From: Omnitrophica bacterium GWA2_41_15
GTDB taxonomy: Bacteria; Omnitrophota; Gorgyraeia; Gygaellales; UBA12090
Assembly (NCBI GenBank): GCA_919901925.1
Contig: CAKKQA010000033.1
Location: forward strand, 1 to 57,971
Direction: 5' to 3'
Length of the DNA: 57,971 nucleotides
Each line of letters begins with the position of its first letter. Position 1 is the first letter of the stretch. Both the position numbers and the translations under genes were made by a program. Shown here one piece after another: positions 15,600-25,086 of the stretch. Under the pieces are notes generated by a model. The model saw nothing but the letters and a program-made list of their open reading frames with translations, had not been told where the DNA came from and searched no databases.

Positions 15600-18161
15600 C
15601 TAATTTCTAATTTCCACCATCTGGCCCCAATTCTCGCCTTTTTTAATATTCACTCTTATTGGAACCTTTAATTTCACCGCGTGTTCCATTTTTTCTTTAA
15701 TCAGCTCTGCTGTTTCTTTTAAATGGCCGGAGAGAACTTCAAAAACCAGCTCATCATGAATCTGCATTATCATTTTGGCTTTTAATTGCCCGCCGGAAAA
15801 AAGCGCGTATATATTTATCATCGCTTCTTTGATGATATCCGCGGCCGTGCCTTGTATGGGAGAATTCACCGCCTGCCTTTCGGCAAACGAAGAGAGCGAT
15901 TTATTATTCGCGTTGATCCCGGGCAGACTTCTTCGCCGGCCCATTAAAGTCGTCACATACCCTAAAGCTTTAGCGCTTTTTATCTGTGTGTCGATAAATT
16001 CCTTAACGCCCGGATACCTCAAGAAATACTCGTCGATAAAAGCCTGCGCCTGAACCGCGGGAATACGCAGGTCTTTTGCCAGCCCGAAACTGCTCATCCC
16101 GTAAACAATCCCGAAATTTATCCTTTTAGCGATATCGCGCATCTCTTGAGAAACCACATTTTCATCAACGTTGTAAATCATTGCCGCTGTGTGAGTGTGG
16201 ATATCAAGGTTATTTTCAAAAGCGCTAATCAAAGCTTTATCACCGGAAAAATGCGCCAGCACCCGCAGTTCTATTTGAGAATAATCTGCCGCGACAAGGA
16301 CATGGCCTTCTGGCGCGATAAAAGCGCTGCGGATAAGCCCGGCCAATTCGCCGGTCGCGGGAATATTTTGTAGATTAGGGTTATTAGAAGACAGCCTTCC
16401 GGTTTCCGTGCCAACCTGGTCAAACGTGGCATGGATCCTATGCGTTTTAGTGTCAAGCAAATCAGGCAACGCGTCGATATAAGTGCTTTTTAGTTTCGTC
16501 AACTGCCTGTATTCTAAAAGCAATAACGGCAATTTATGCTTATCGGCTAATTTACGCAAGACTTCCTCATCCGTGGATAGGCCGGTCTTAGTCTTCTTTA
16601 CCACAGGAAGCTTAAGCCTCTCAAAGAGCACTACTGATAATTGTTTCGGCGAATTTAAGTTAAACTCCTCGCCGTTATTCAATTCATATATGCCGCTTCT
16701 TAAATTAATCAGCCTTTTCTCAAGCTTTTCCGATAGCTCTTTTAAAACCTTGGTATCAATGCAAACTCCGTTTAATTGCATCCACGCCAAGCAACAAGAT
16801 AAAGGCATCTCGAGCTCATAAAAAAGTTTCCCTAATGAACTCTCTTCAATCTTTTGTTTTAATAATGGCGCCAGCTTTAAAATTATACCCAGGGCGTTTT
16901 CCGGTTTTAGACCTTTCTCAGGATGCCTTTCCTCTAAGTATTGAAAAGCCAATTCCTGAAGGCTGAAGCTTGAATTAGCCGGCTCAATGACGTAAGCAGC
17001 CAACATCACATCGAAACGTTCTCCTTGGATATTTATATCTTTTTGATAAAGGGCTATTTTTAAATCTTTAAGGTTATGGCCGCGTTTTTTTACTGATGAA
17101 TCCTCAATGATTTTTTTTAAAAGCAGATCGTCTAAACCCAAAGAATAAATATTTTCGCCCCCGGAAAAATACAGGTTATCCGCGCTATCCTTATCAAAGA
17201 ACAAAAAAAATTCTTTTTTCCTAGCTAAATCTTCCAAAACCGTATTTTTATTAACGGCGCCATCTAACGCCTCTATTCTTTCCTGAAAGCTTGATGATTG
17301 AGGCGAGGTTATCCCCTTAAGCAGGCTTTTAAACTCTAATTTTTTAAATAATCCGTAAAGCTTATCATGATCCGGCTCTCTGTATTTTAATTCTTCCAAA
17401 TCCAGCTTTACATCGAGGTCATCTCTTAAAGTTGCCAATTCATAAGCTAAAAGTATATTATCGGTATTCTCCTGTATTGATTTTCTTAATTGCTCTTTTT
17501 TAATCTTTTCGGCATTTTTCAAAAGATCATCCGTACTGCCAAATTCCCGCAATAAAGCAATCGCGGTCTTCTCGCCTATGCCTTTTACCCCGGGAATATT
17601 ATCCGTCGCGTCCCCCATAAGAGAAATCATATCCTTTATTCTTTGGGGCTCGATGCCGTATTTCGCCTGAATGGCTTTTGTATCGTAAAAAACTTCTTCT
17701 TTATCTTTTTTAGGGTCTAAAACCTTTACCTTCTCGCCGACAAGCTGCAAGATATCTTTATCGGAACTGACAATAACTACCTCTAACCCTTGTTCTTTTC
17801 CCTGGCGGGTAAAGCTGGCAATCAGGTCATCTGCCTCGTAACCTTCAAGCTCGAACCCGGTTATGTTGTATGCCGCTATCAACTCTTTAATCAGCCCTAT
17901 TTGGCTAGAGAGCTCATCAGGCATCGGCGGCCGCTGGATTTTGTATTCGGCAAATTTTTCCTGGCGAAAAGTTTTGCGCGAAACATCCCAAAGGCAGGCG
18001 ATATAATCAGGCTTATCTTTTAAAATCTTGTTCAGTATATTGATAACTCCGTATACCGCCCCTGTCGGCTGGCCATAAGAAGTAGCCAGATTGCCCAAAG
18101 CATAAAAAGCCCTATAGCATAAACCGGGAGTATCTATAAGATATATTACGGGACTGGACAT
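15600..18161 (-). CDS. polA: DNA polymerase I
   Basis: 853 aa; 5'-nuclease domain, motif A DYSQIELR, motif B RRxAKxINFG region (RDIAKRINFGIVYG), motif C QIHDELVFE. Confidence 0.95.
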   Translation of the reverse strand: MSSPVIYLIDTPGLCYRAFYALGNLATSYGQPTGAVYGVINILNKILKDKPDYIACLWDVSRKTFRQEKFAEYKIQRPPMPDELSSQIGLIKELIAAYNITGFELEGYEADDLIASFTRQGKEQGLEVVIVSSDKDILQLVGEKVKVLDPKKDKEEVFYDTKAIQAKYGIEPQRIKDMISLMGDATDNIPGVKGIGEKTAIALLREFGSTDDLLKNAEKIKKEQLRKSIQENTDNILLAYELATLRDDLDVKLDLEELKYREPDHDKLYGLFKKLEFKSLLKGITSPQSSSFQERIEALDGAVNKNTVLEDLARKKEFFLFFDKDSADNLYFSGGENIYSLGLDDLLLKKIIEDSSVKKRGHNLKDLKIALYQKDINIQGERFDVMLAAYVIEPANSSFSLQELAFQYLEERHPEKGLKPENALGIILKLAPLLKQKIEESSLGKLFYELEMPLSCCLAWMQLNGVCIDTKVLKELSEKLEKRLINLRSGIYELNNGEEFNLNSPKQLSVVLFERLKLPVVKKTKTGLSTDEEVLRKLADKHKLPLLLLEYRQLTKLKSTYIDALPDLLDTKTHRIHATFDQVGTETGRLSSNNPNLQNIPATGELAGLIRSAFIAPEGHVLVAADYSQIELRVLAHFSGDKALISAFENNLDIHTHTAAMIYNVDENVVSQEMRDIAKRINFGIVYGMSSFGLAKDLRIPAVQAQAFIDEYFLRYPGVKEFIDTQIKSAKALGYVTTLMGRRRSLPGINANNKSLSSFAERQAVNSPIQGTAADIIKEAMINIYALFSGGQLKAKMIMQIHDELVFEVLSGHLKETAELIKEKMEHAVKLKVPIRVNIKKGENWGQMVEIRN

Positions 18162-18220
18162 ACTAAAAAATTATTCGGGTCTCTTTTTTTTGGGTTTCGT
18201 ATATGGATAGGATATGTATT

Positions 18221-18796
18221 TTAAGGTTCTGTATCGTAGGATGGTGTATCCAGCTGTTTGTCTTCTAAGACTTTACTGGCTAAAACCTGCGCTTCTTTAT
18301 TAGCATACATCTGTTTTACTTCGGGCATTATCTTGCCGATTTCTACCAGCCTCTGCCGGGCTTTTTGCGCCCAGAGATCATCTTCTTTTCCGTCATAAGC
18401 CCGCTTCATCCAATATCTTGCCGCCTTATAAAAATCCCCTTTTTTTTCGTATAACAACGCTAAATTAGAATAAACGTCGGTATAAGACGAGTCTACTGTC
18501 AGGGCATCCAAATATGACTTTTCAGCTTCCTGGCTATTACCAAGCATCTCGTAAACAATGCCTATGTCATTATAAACACTGGCATTACGAGGATCAATCA
18601 TTACCGATTTCTGGTAATAAGCTAAAGCCTCCAGCAACTGGCCGATCTTTTGCGCTTGATAACCCTTAACGCGATATTCGATAGCCTTCTCTTTATTGCC
18701 ATATTCATCAGCGATTTCAGCAAAGGCAGGATTCAAGGAAGATATGAGAACAGTTAAAAAAATACCTACTAGGAATCTTACTTTAGGTTGGCCCAT
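18221..18796 (-). CDS. Secreted/lipoprotein-like TPR-repeat protein
   Basis: N-terminal hydrophobic signal-like segment, then repeated A-x-x-Y-Y-x-K-A...P...A.YN.G TPR-like units. Confidence 0.65.
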   Translation of the reverse strand: MGQPKVRFLVGIFLTVLISSLNPAFAEIADEYGNKEKAIEYRVKGYQAQKIGQLLEALAYYQKSVMIDPRNASVYNDIGIVYEMLGNSQEAEKSYLDALTVDSSYTDVYSNLALLYEKKGDFYKAARYWMKRAYDGKEDDLWAQKARQRLVEIGKIMPEVKQMYANKEAQVLASKVLEDKQLDTPSYDTEP

Positions 18797-19050
18797 AAAG
18801 TTTTCTGTTGCTTTATAGTTTAATCCATGAACCCTTATGCGTCAAGGTTTTTTTTCTTTGTTTGTCAACAGTTTCGTTACGCTAATTTACCGTTGTATTC
18901 CTTCCAATTGCTATTTTACGCATTCATCACCATAGAATTTACGCGTATTTTTATTTTCAATGCGAATAAGAATCTTGTAATGCGGCCACGTCAATCCGCT
19001 CCACTATGTATAGCGGATTGAAAATATTCTATTTTCCTTGTTTTTTATTA

Positions 19051-19854
19051 TTAACCATTTTGCCTCAAATCATTATTCAACATACTATCTTTGAAAATAG
19101 CCTTATTCTCACCGTCTGACAGTTTTCTAAAAATAAACAAATGCTCGTGCATAATCAAAAGAAAGTCTTTCTCTTGAGCGCTCCAGTACCGGGTAGTCGA
19201 ACAATTGTGCTGAACTTTAATCACATCTTCTTTCAGGATAAAGCCGGATTTTAAAAACCGTTGCACAACAGAAAAAGCCAGCGGGACATAATGCCTGCGC
19301 CTGCGAGTATCACCAATTAAAATGGCACAATATTTACCAGGCCTTAGAACACGGTAACATTCGTGGGCAACCTTTTCAATTTCGTCGCAAAATTTAGGAA
19401 TGTTACTAATGTCAGAAAGATCTCCGTCGATATTTTTGCTTCCGTATTTGATAATATTTAAATATGGCGGGTGAGTCGCGATAAAATCAATACTGGCATC
19501 TTCCACAAATTCCAGAAAACGAGCATCGCCTTGCTTGATAACCGGCTCGTAACATTTCTCACAATTGAATTTGCAAGATTCTTGAGCCAATTTGACAACT
19601 TCAGGATGGATGTCGAAGCCTACGCCATAACGACCTAAAGATTTCGCTTCGATCATCGTGGTACCGCTGCCGACCATAGGGTCTAAAACGGTATTACCTT
19701 CTTTAGAATAAAGCCGGATGAGATTATTGGGAATTTGAGGGGCCCAATTACCGCGAAATTTTGCGTTATGTGTTAACCATTTACCGCGATTGGGAAATGA
19801 CCATACCGTTGTAGTTTGAAGGTCTAAATCATTTTGAACGCTCTTGTCTTCCAT
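19051..19854 (-). CDS. DNA methyltransferase (N6-adenine or N4-cytosine), second MTase of the R-M island
   Basis: SAM motif VLDPMVGSGTT precedes catalytic motif IV ATHPPY. N-terminal WSFPNRGKW...APQIPNNLIRLYS resembles the region preceding motif I in N4/N6 MTases. Confidence 0.8.
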   Translation of the reverse strand: MEDKSVQNDLDLQTTTVWSFPNRGKWLTHNAKFRGNWAPQIPNNLIRLYSKEGNTVLDPMVGSGTTMIEAKSLGRYGVGFDIHPEVVKLAQESCKFNCEKCYEPVIKQGDARFLEFVEDASIDFIATHPPYLNIIKYGSKNIDGDLSDISNIPKFCDEIEKVAHECYRVLRPGKYCAILIGDTRRRRHYVPLAFSVVQRFLKSGFILKEDVIKVQHNCSTTRYWSAQEKDFLLIMHEHLFIFRKLSDGENKAIFKDSMLNNDLRQNG

Positions 19855-19879
19855 TGAATATTTTCCCTGAACAAACTAT

Positions 19880-20431
19880 TTACCCGTCTATGTTTTTTTT
19901 AAAAGGCAATCCTAACCATGCCATAGGAAGTTCATTAAATCTATAATGGCAATTAACGCTATGTATATAATCCAACACGTCCTTATATTCTGGTTTTTTG
20001 AACCAATCGCTTAGCACATAAACATACTCTACCTTTAGCCCGAGCGGAGAAACCAGCTTCAAATACTGCTTACGCTTAAAATCACACGTTTGCAGTTTTT
20101 CGTCAACAGAACCAACAACTTGCTGATATTTAACTTCAATGATAAATAAAGTCTCACGAATGATCACTAGCAATGCGTCGTCTGGTAAAAGCCTTTTCGA
20201 AAGTAAACTCTCCCAATCAACTTTAGACTCAGACAAGAATTCATAAAAATCGTATTTTCTAAAGCACATGGCAACTAACTTTTTTTCAAAAAAGGCTCCC
20301 ATTCCTGCCTTACCTGAAATCTTTTTAACTTCATAACCCTGGATCTCGCCAATAAGCTTTTGAAAATCAACTTTTTTCTCAAAATGCAAACCAGTCAATG
20401 TCCTTCCGCCTCCCAAACCGCCAGTTTTCAT
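19880..20431 (-). CDS. Putative type II restriction endonuclease (PD-(D/E)xK fold)
   Basis: 183 aa; LPDDALLVIIRETLFIIEVKYQ gives a D...E-x-K catalytic signature, with an upstream FE helix motif. Sandwiched between two MTase genes. Confidence 0.55.
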   Translation of the reverse strand: MKTGGLGGGRTLTGLHFEKKVDFQKLIGEIQGYEVKKISGKAGMGAFFEKKLVAMCFRKYDFYEFLSESKVDWESLLSKRLLPDDALLVIIRETLFIIEVKYQQVVGSVDEKLQTCDFKRKQYLKLVSPLGLKVEYVYVLSDWFKKPEYKDVLDYIHSVNCHYRFNELPMAWLGLPFKKNIDG

Positions 20432-20467
20432 ATATAACGCCTCACAGAGAAACGTATTTGTTAATAA

Positions 20468-21397
20468 CTAATAATTCATAACGAGCAACTCGTTAATTTC
20501 TCCCCGTTTTGAAGCATCGCAATTAATCATGCGCCTTGCTTTTAAACGTTCTATTCTAAAACCAGAATACAACCGCTCAAAAAAGTTGTCTTCCTTATTT
20601 TCATTTTTGGGATCGGAATTGCTTAGCATAACCTTTACACCATGTATTTCGGCTAATCTTTTGAAAATGACGGCAAGCCTCTGTTGCTCTTCATCGTTAA
20701 ATTCATTATTAGAATAAGACGTGAAACTTGAAGTTTTATTTAAGGGACGATACGGAGGATCAAAATAAACAAAAGAATGCTGTTTAATTTGTTTTTGAAC
20801 AACTGCGAAATCATCGTTTGTTATTATTACGCTCTTTAAAATCCTACCAACTGCTCTTAAGTTTTGGGCATCACAGATAGTTGGATTTTTATATCGTCCA
20901 AAGGGAACATTAAAATCACCTTTGGAATTCACACGATATAATCCATTAAAGCAAGTGCGATTCAAAAATATTGTCATTGCGGTCCGCTTTGAATATTCCT
21001 TCATACTATATTTTCTAAAATTAACACTTTGCCGTGTTCGGTTATAGTCATTTCTAGCCCGATAATAAAATAATTCTTGGCTTGCTGAATCTAACTCACG
21101 GTACTTTTTCTCTAAAGTTTTCAAATAATTAATAACCCTCTCTACGTTTTTCTGAATTGCAACATAGCAAAGGCATATTTCAGGATTAAACTCATTAATG
21201 TAAGCCTTTTCAATCTTACAATTTTGCATTACCCAAAAGAAAACAGCGCCACTGCCTAAAAAGGGCTCATAATACTGTTTAATAATACCTTCTCCGTTCA
21301 ATTCATGTGGGAAACAAAGCTGAAATTGCTCCAACAATTGCCCTTTACCTCCGGCCCATTTTAGAAATGGTCTGGCTTGAATATTATTTTCTTTCAT
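20468..21397 (-). CDS. Dam/D12-class N6-adenine DNA methyltransferase
   Basis: RPFLKWAGGK, EPFLGSGAVF (motif I) and YFDPPY (motif IV) in alpha-class order. Confidence 0.9.
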   Translation of the reverse strand: MKENNIQARPFLKWAGGKGQLLEQFQLCFPHELNGEGIIKQYYEPFLGSGAVFFWVMQNCKIEKAYINEFNPEICLCYVAIQKNVERVINYLKTLEKKYRELDSASQELFYYRARNDYNRTRQSVNFRKYSMKEYSKRTAMTIFLNRTCFNGLYRVNSKGDFNVPFGRYKNPTICDAQNLRAVGRILKSVIITNDDFAVVQKQIKQHSFVYFDPPYRPLNKTSSFTSYSNNEFNDEEQQRLAVIFKRLAEIHGVKVMLSNSDPKNENKEDNFFERLYSGFRIERLKARRMINCDASKRGEINELLVMNY

Positions 21398-21416
21398 AAT
21401 GTTTGTGTTTGAGTAA

Positions 21417-21450
21417 ACAAAAAACCCTCGCCTTGTTTGGCGAAGGTTTG
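21417..21450 (-). terminator. Intrinsic terminator-like hairpin between acsB and the R-M island
   Basis: Minus strand AACCTTCGCC-aaacaa-GGCGAGGGTT followed by TTTTTGTTT. Lies ~20 nt upstream of the Dam-like ATG. Confidence 0.6.
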
Positions 21451-21518
21451 AGTTATTTTAACGTGGCAGATTCCCCCTTCAAACATACCACCTGTTTCCA
21501 TTGTCATATCCAAGATTA

Positions 21519-21547
21519 ACTTTAGCATAACGTTTTGAGCTCGTCAA
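21519..21547 (-). promoter_or_regulatory. Candidate sigma70-like promoter upstream of the R-M island
   Basis: Minus strand TTGACG - 17 nt - TAAAGT. -35 at 21542-21547, -10 at 21519-21524. Confidence 0.35.
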
Positions 21548-21552
21548 TCTTT

Positions 21553-21637
21553 TTATTAGCCAATTTATTAGCCAGTTTACCGGTTGGCCTGTTTGCCAAT
21601 TTTATAATTTAACTGGCTAACAGGGTAACTGGTTAAC
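21553..21637. repeat. Family C hairpin built from tandem 8-nt units (C1)
   Basis: Left arm TTAGCCAA/TTAGCCAG/TTTACCGG/TTGGCCTG/TTTGCCAA, right arm CTGGCTAA/CAGGGTAA/CTGGTTAA. The acsB TAG stop lies at the right edge. Confidence 0.85.
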
Positions 21638-23817
21638 TAAAGCAACGACGGCATAGTCAGCGCCGGATGATTGACTTTTTGCAAAAACTCTAAGAGGCCT
21701 TCGGATGTCGTGGTTGATGTCTCATCGGCGATTTTATCGAGTAAATCGGGGTCACCAACTTCTTTTGCCCGGTTCTTTAACTTTTCAGCCAGTATTTCTT
21801 TCAGCTCCTTAGGCATCCAAACCACCCGCTTTAACCCGCCCTCCGCGGAGATAAACTTCTTACTGCTAATATACATCTTGCCTACGCCTAAGAAACCCGG
21901 AGTCTGCGCTCCCCCGCCGACTGAACCTGCCAGCGCGGTAAAAGTCATTCCTAAAGGAGTCATCCCCGAATAATCACGGTTTACAATCATTACGCCGTTG
22001 GCTTCAGGGATAATCGCCACAATACATTCAAAACAGCCGCATGATGTCGACGGACAATTTAAAATCGAATATAAACAAAACCTTTCGATTGTTTTATTGG
22101 AATGCTGGTAAATATAATCATTCACCGGATGCCATTCGCCTAAATTAAGGTCAAGGCATTGGCCTTTAGTTATCGGCTTATTGCCTCCGGTGGGAGAAAT
22201 TTCATAAGCTGCCTTAGCATCCAGCCAGGAATACGCCCCGCAAAGGCCTAATTTTTCGGGAGTAACCACACAGACATGGTTGGGCGCGAATGACTGGCAC
22301 AATTCGCAGGAATAAAATGTATCCACATTCTCGTCGGTCATCCCGCTTAAACGCTCATCGCGTTCGTCATACGCCTTTTTTGCCTGAACTAAAACATTTT
22401 GGACATCGTCTTCCTTCGTATATAAGGTAACCTGCACTTTGTCAACAATAGCGCCAAATTCCTGGTGCAGCATAGCGTGGATAACCACTCCCAAATGCTT
22501 AAGCCTGAAGCCTTTTGCGTAAGCGTCTTTGCTGATACGGATCCAGTTCATATCGCGCTGGCCGATGTGCATAACACCCATGCAATAATTTAGGAACCTA
22601 TGCAGCTGCCTTTCCAATATCGGCTCAAAATCCTTCTGCATCTTCCTGCCGGAAACCTCGGCGTAAATCCCCAACGGCAGTGACTTCATCCCTTCAGGAA
22701 GCTGGTCAATATCAGGCCCGACTAAATCTACCTTACCGTCTTCTATCTTCGAGGAATCGCCCATGCGGATAAATTCAAAACCGAGAGATGCCTTGCCTCC
22801 GAATTCGGCGTATAGTTGTTCTCTTCTTACTCTTTCTCCTTCGAAAGCCGCGGCATAAGCAACAGGAATAGGAATATTGCTGACTTTTACCTTAACCCCT
22901 CTTACCTCAAGGCAACGAGAAACTATTTTCCCATAATCCAACTCTTTGACCAGCGCTTCATAAGTAGTCACGCCCGAGGCCTTTATTTCCGGGATATCCG
23001 TATCCGCGATAACCGGAAAACCCATATTGATTGCTCCCGCGCCGGTGGCTACTTTTATTTCATCAACAGCTCCTAAAGCCAAACCAAAAGCAAGGACGCG
23101 CTCTTTGGTATACAAAAGGCATTTCTGCGCCTGTCCGGCTTTTATTCCGCCGAAGGTCAGCGCCGAGCGGATAGCAAAATTCAACACAGATATCGCGGAA
23201 ATCGTATCGCGGCCGTAAGGAACGATATAATTATCCCAACCCATCTGCACGTTTTCTTCCAACAGCTGATCGATGATCGAACGGCCGTTTGTCGATGAGC
23301 CGACAAATATCAGAATGTTTTTTTCCTGTAACTGGCGGACTATTTCAACAGCCTTTTTATTATCCGGAGCCGCGCCTAATATCAAAGCCACCCCTGTCAT
23401 ACGCCCGTCTACAAGCTGAATCCCCAGCTGGCGTAAAATCGAGTCGGTGCAAAATCCCACACAATCTTTCTCTGGCTCAATACCATAGAGATAACGCAAA
23501 GCCACAATTATCTCTTCACAGAATAACGCGGCCATCCCGGCGTCCAAAGCGTCTCCTAAATAAGGAAGCCAGACTTTCTCGGAAGGCGGCTCTTTAATCA
23601 GCGACTTGGCGTGTTCCAATATAGGCAAAGCGTCTTTTAAGGCCTCAACCTTAGCGCCTAAAAGCGCGTTTGCCATAGGCAAATAAAATGCCGTCTCGGG
23701 AAAACCGATTTTCTGCTCGGGGCCTTTTTCTTTAATGGCCTTAGTTAAAAAATCCGATGCTTGTTTATATAAATCCTGCGCCCCTTTTATCGCCAAAGTT
23801 GCCACTATCTTAGACAT
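21637..23817 (-). CDS. acsB: Acetyl-CoA synthase catalytic subunit (bacterial AcsB type)
   Basis: 726 aa; A-cluster ligands CELCQSFAPNHVCVVTPEKLGLC (C-x2-C-x8-C-x9-C) and SCGCFEC (Cys-Gly-Cys). Confidence 0.93.
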   Translation of the reverse strand: MSKIVATLAIKGAQDLYKQASDFLTKAIKEKGPEQKIGFPETAFYLPMANALLGAKVEALKDALPILEHAKSLIKEPPSEKVWLPYLGDALDAGMAALFCEEIIVALRYLYGIEPEKDCVGFCTDSILRQLGIQLVDGRMTGVALILGAAPDNKKAVEIVRQLQEKNILIFVGSSTNGRSIIDQLLEENVQMGWDNYIVPYGRDTISAISVLNFAIRSALTFGGIKAGQAQKCLLYTKERVLAFGLALGAVDEIKVATGAGAINMGFPVIADTDIPEIKASGVTTYEALVKELDYGKIVSRCLEVRGVKVKVSNIPIPVAYAAAFEGERVRREQLYAEFGGKASLGFEFIRMGDSSKIEDGKVDLVGPDIDQLPEGMKSLPLGIYAEVSGRKMQKDFEPILERQLHRFLNYCMGVMHIGQRDMNWIRISKDAYAKGFRLKHLGVVIHAMLHQEFGAIVDKVQVTLYTKEDDVQNVLVQAKKAYDERDERLSGMTDENVDTFYSCELCQSFAPNHVCVVTPEKLGLCGAYSWLDAKAAYEISPTGGNKPITKGQCLDLNLGEWHPVNDYIYQHSNKTIERFCLYSILNCPSTSCGCFECIVAIIPEANGVMIVNRDYSGMTPLGMTFTALAGSVGGGAQTPGFLGVGKMYISSKKFISAEGGLKRVVWMPKELKEILAEKLKNRAKEVGDPDLLDKIADETSTTTSEGLLEFLQKVNHPALTMPSLL

Positions 23818-25075
23818 AAATCCTCTCCCTCTCTTTTACAGAATCTATGATTCGCGCGAATCCAAAATTTTCATCCAGCAATTCATCTTTAAACAAAGAA
23901 ACATTGATCCGCTCTCTAATCAACCTTAATAAAACCCCGCTATTTTTAATATTACCTATTAATACCGCTCCGACAAGAAAATTGCCTTTTAAAATTATTT
24001 TTTTGTAAATTGAATTTTTGGCATCTAATGTTTGCGATTGTTCATAACCCTGGGCGCCTTCCTTTATCTTATTAATGCCTAAAGAAACTATCGGCAGGCT
24101 GAAAAATTCAGTGGCGTTCATCCCGATAGAGCCGGGATAATCAACCTTGCCGCCGGACATATTCATGCCGGAAGCCTTACCCTGCTCGACTGCCATAGTC
24201 CAGAGCGCGTTAACCGCAAAATCACCCAGCGCCAAATCATAAGTTTCGCTAACGTCTCCGGCGCAAAAGATATTCGCGGCGCTTGTCCTTAGCGCGCTAT
24301 CGGCGATTATTCCTTTGTTGACTTTAATGCCTGCCGCCTTGGCTAAATCTATGTTAGGGCTTACTCCGCGGCCGGCAACCACCAGAGAACATTGGATTTC
24401 CTTGTTGTCTGTAAGTTTTACTGCTTTCACTTTGCCGTCACCTATAATTTCCGCGGCATCCTGCCCAATGATCACCTCAATGCCATAAGATTCTAACCGC
24501 TTCTGGACTAACCCCGCGGCAACATTATCCAGCATCTGCGATAAAATTTGCTTAGACTTCACGATTATTTTTACGTCCAGCTTTCTTTTCCTTAAGGCGT
24601 ACGCGGCCTTCAGGCCGACCAGCCCGCCGCCTAAAACACAAGCCGTCTTTACGCCGGGAAGAGAGCTCTCAATCCCCTTGGCATCATTGATGGTCCGGAA
24701 AACAAAGACGCCTTTTTGATTAATCCCTTTTACATCGGGAACAATGGCGCTTGCGCCGGTAGAAATCAATAACGAATCGTAATTTAACTGGCTATTATCC
24801 GCGCAGGTAACCAGATTTTTCTTAACATCGATGCCGGTTACTCTTTTATTCGAAAAAAGCTGAACGTTATTTTCTCGATAAAAGCTTTCCGGTCGGTAAA
24901 ATATTTTGTCTGCTCTAACATCACCGGCTAAATAATATGAGATAAGGCAGCGGCAATATGCCTGGCCTTCCTCATCAGAAACGACTGTAACCTTAGAAGA
25001 CTTATCATCCTTGCGGATCGCCTCAACAGCGGAAATCCCAGCCGCGGAATTACCTATAATCAAATATTGTTTCAT
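23810..25075 (-). CDS. FAD/NAD(P)-dependent pyridine nucleotide-disulfide oxidoreductase (CODH-associated)
   Basis: 421 aa; IIGNSAAGISA and VLGGGLVGLK dinucleotide folds, NIFCAGD FAD motif. 8-nt overlap with the acsB start. Confidence 0.8.
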   Translation of the reverse strand: MKQYLIIGNSAAGISAVEAIRKDDKSSKVTVVSDEEGQAYCRCLISYYLAGDVRADKIFYRPESFYRENNVQLFSNKRVTGIDVKKNLVTCADNSQLNYDSLLISTGASAIVPDVKGINQKGVFVFRTINDAKGIESSLPGVKTACVLGGGLVGLKAAYALRKRKLDVKIIVKSKQILSQMLDNVAAGLVQKRLESYGIEVIIGQDAAEIIGDGKVKAVKLTDNKEIQCSLVVAGRGVSPNIDLAKAAGIKVNKGIIADSALRTSAANIFCAGDVSETYDLALGDFAVNALWTMAVEQGKASGMNMSGGKVDYPGSIGMNATEFFSLPIVSLGINKIKEGAQGYEQSQTLDAKNSIYKKIILKGNFLVGAVLIGNIKNSGVLLRLIRERINVSLFKDELLDENFGFARIIDSVKERERIYV

Positions 25076-25086
25076 ATTTCTTCTTT

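Noticed and set aside
16271-16456. Short minus-strand ORFs nested in other frames of polA, htpX and tgt (16271-16456, 2786-2998, 34898-35080)
   Set aside because: They are out-of-frame overlaps within strongly supported genes. The tgt one is a translation of the octamer tandem.
18980-19020. Hairpin CAATCCGCT-ccactatgtat-AGCGGATTG downstream of the second MTase as an intrinsic terminator
   Set aside because: The stem is real, but no U-tract follows on the minus strand, so a terminator call is not justified.
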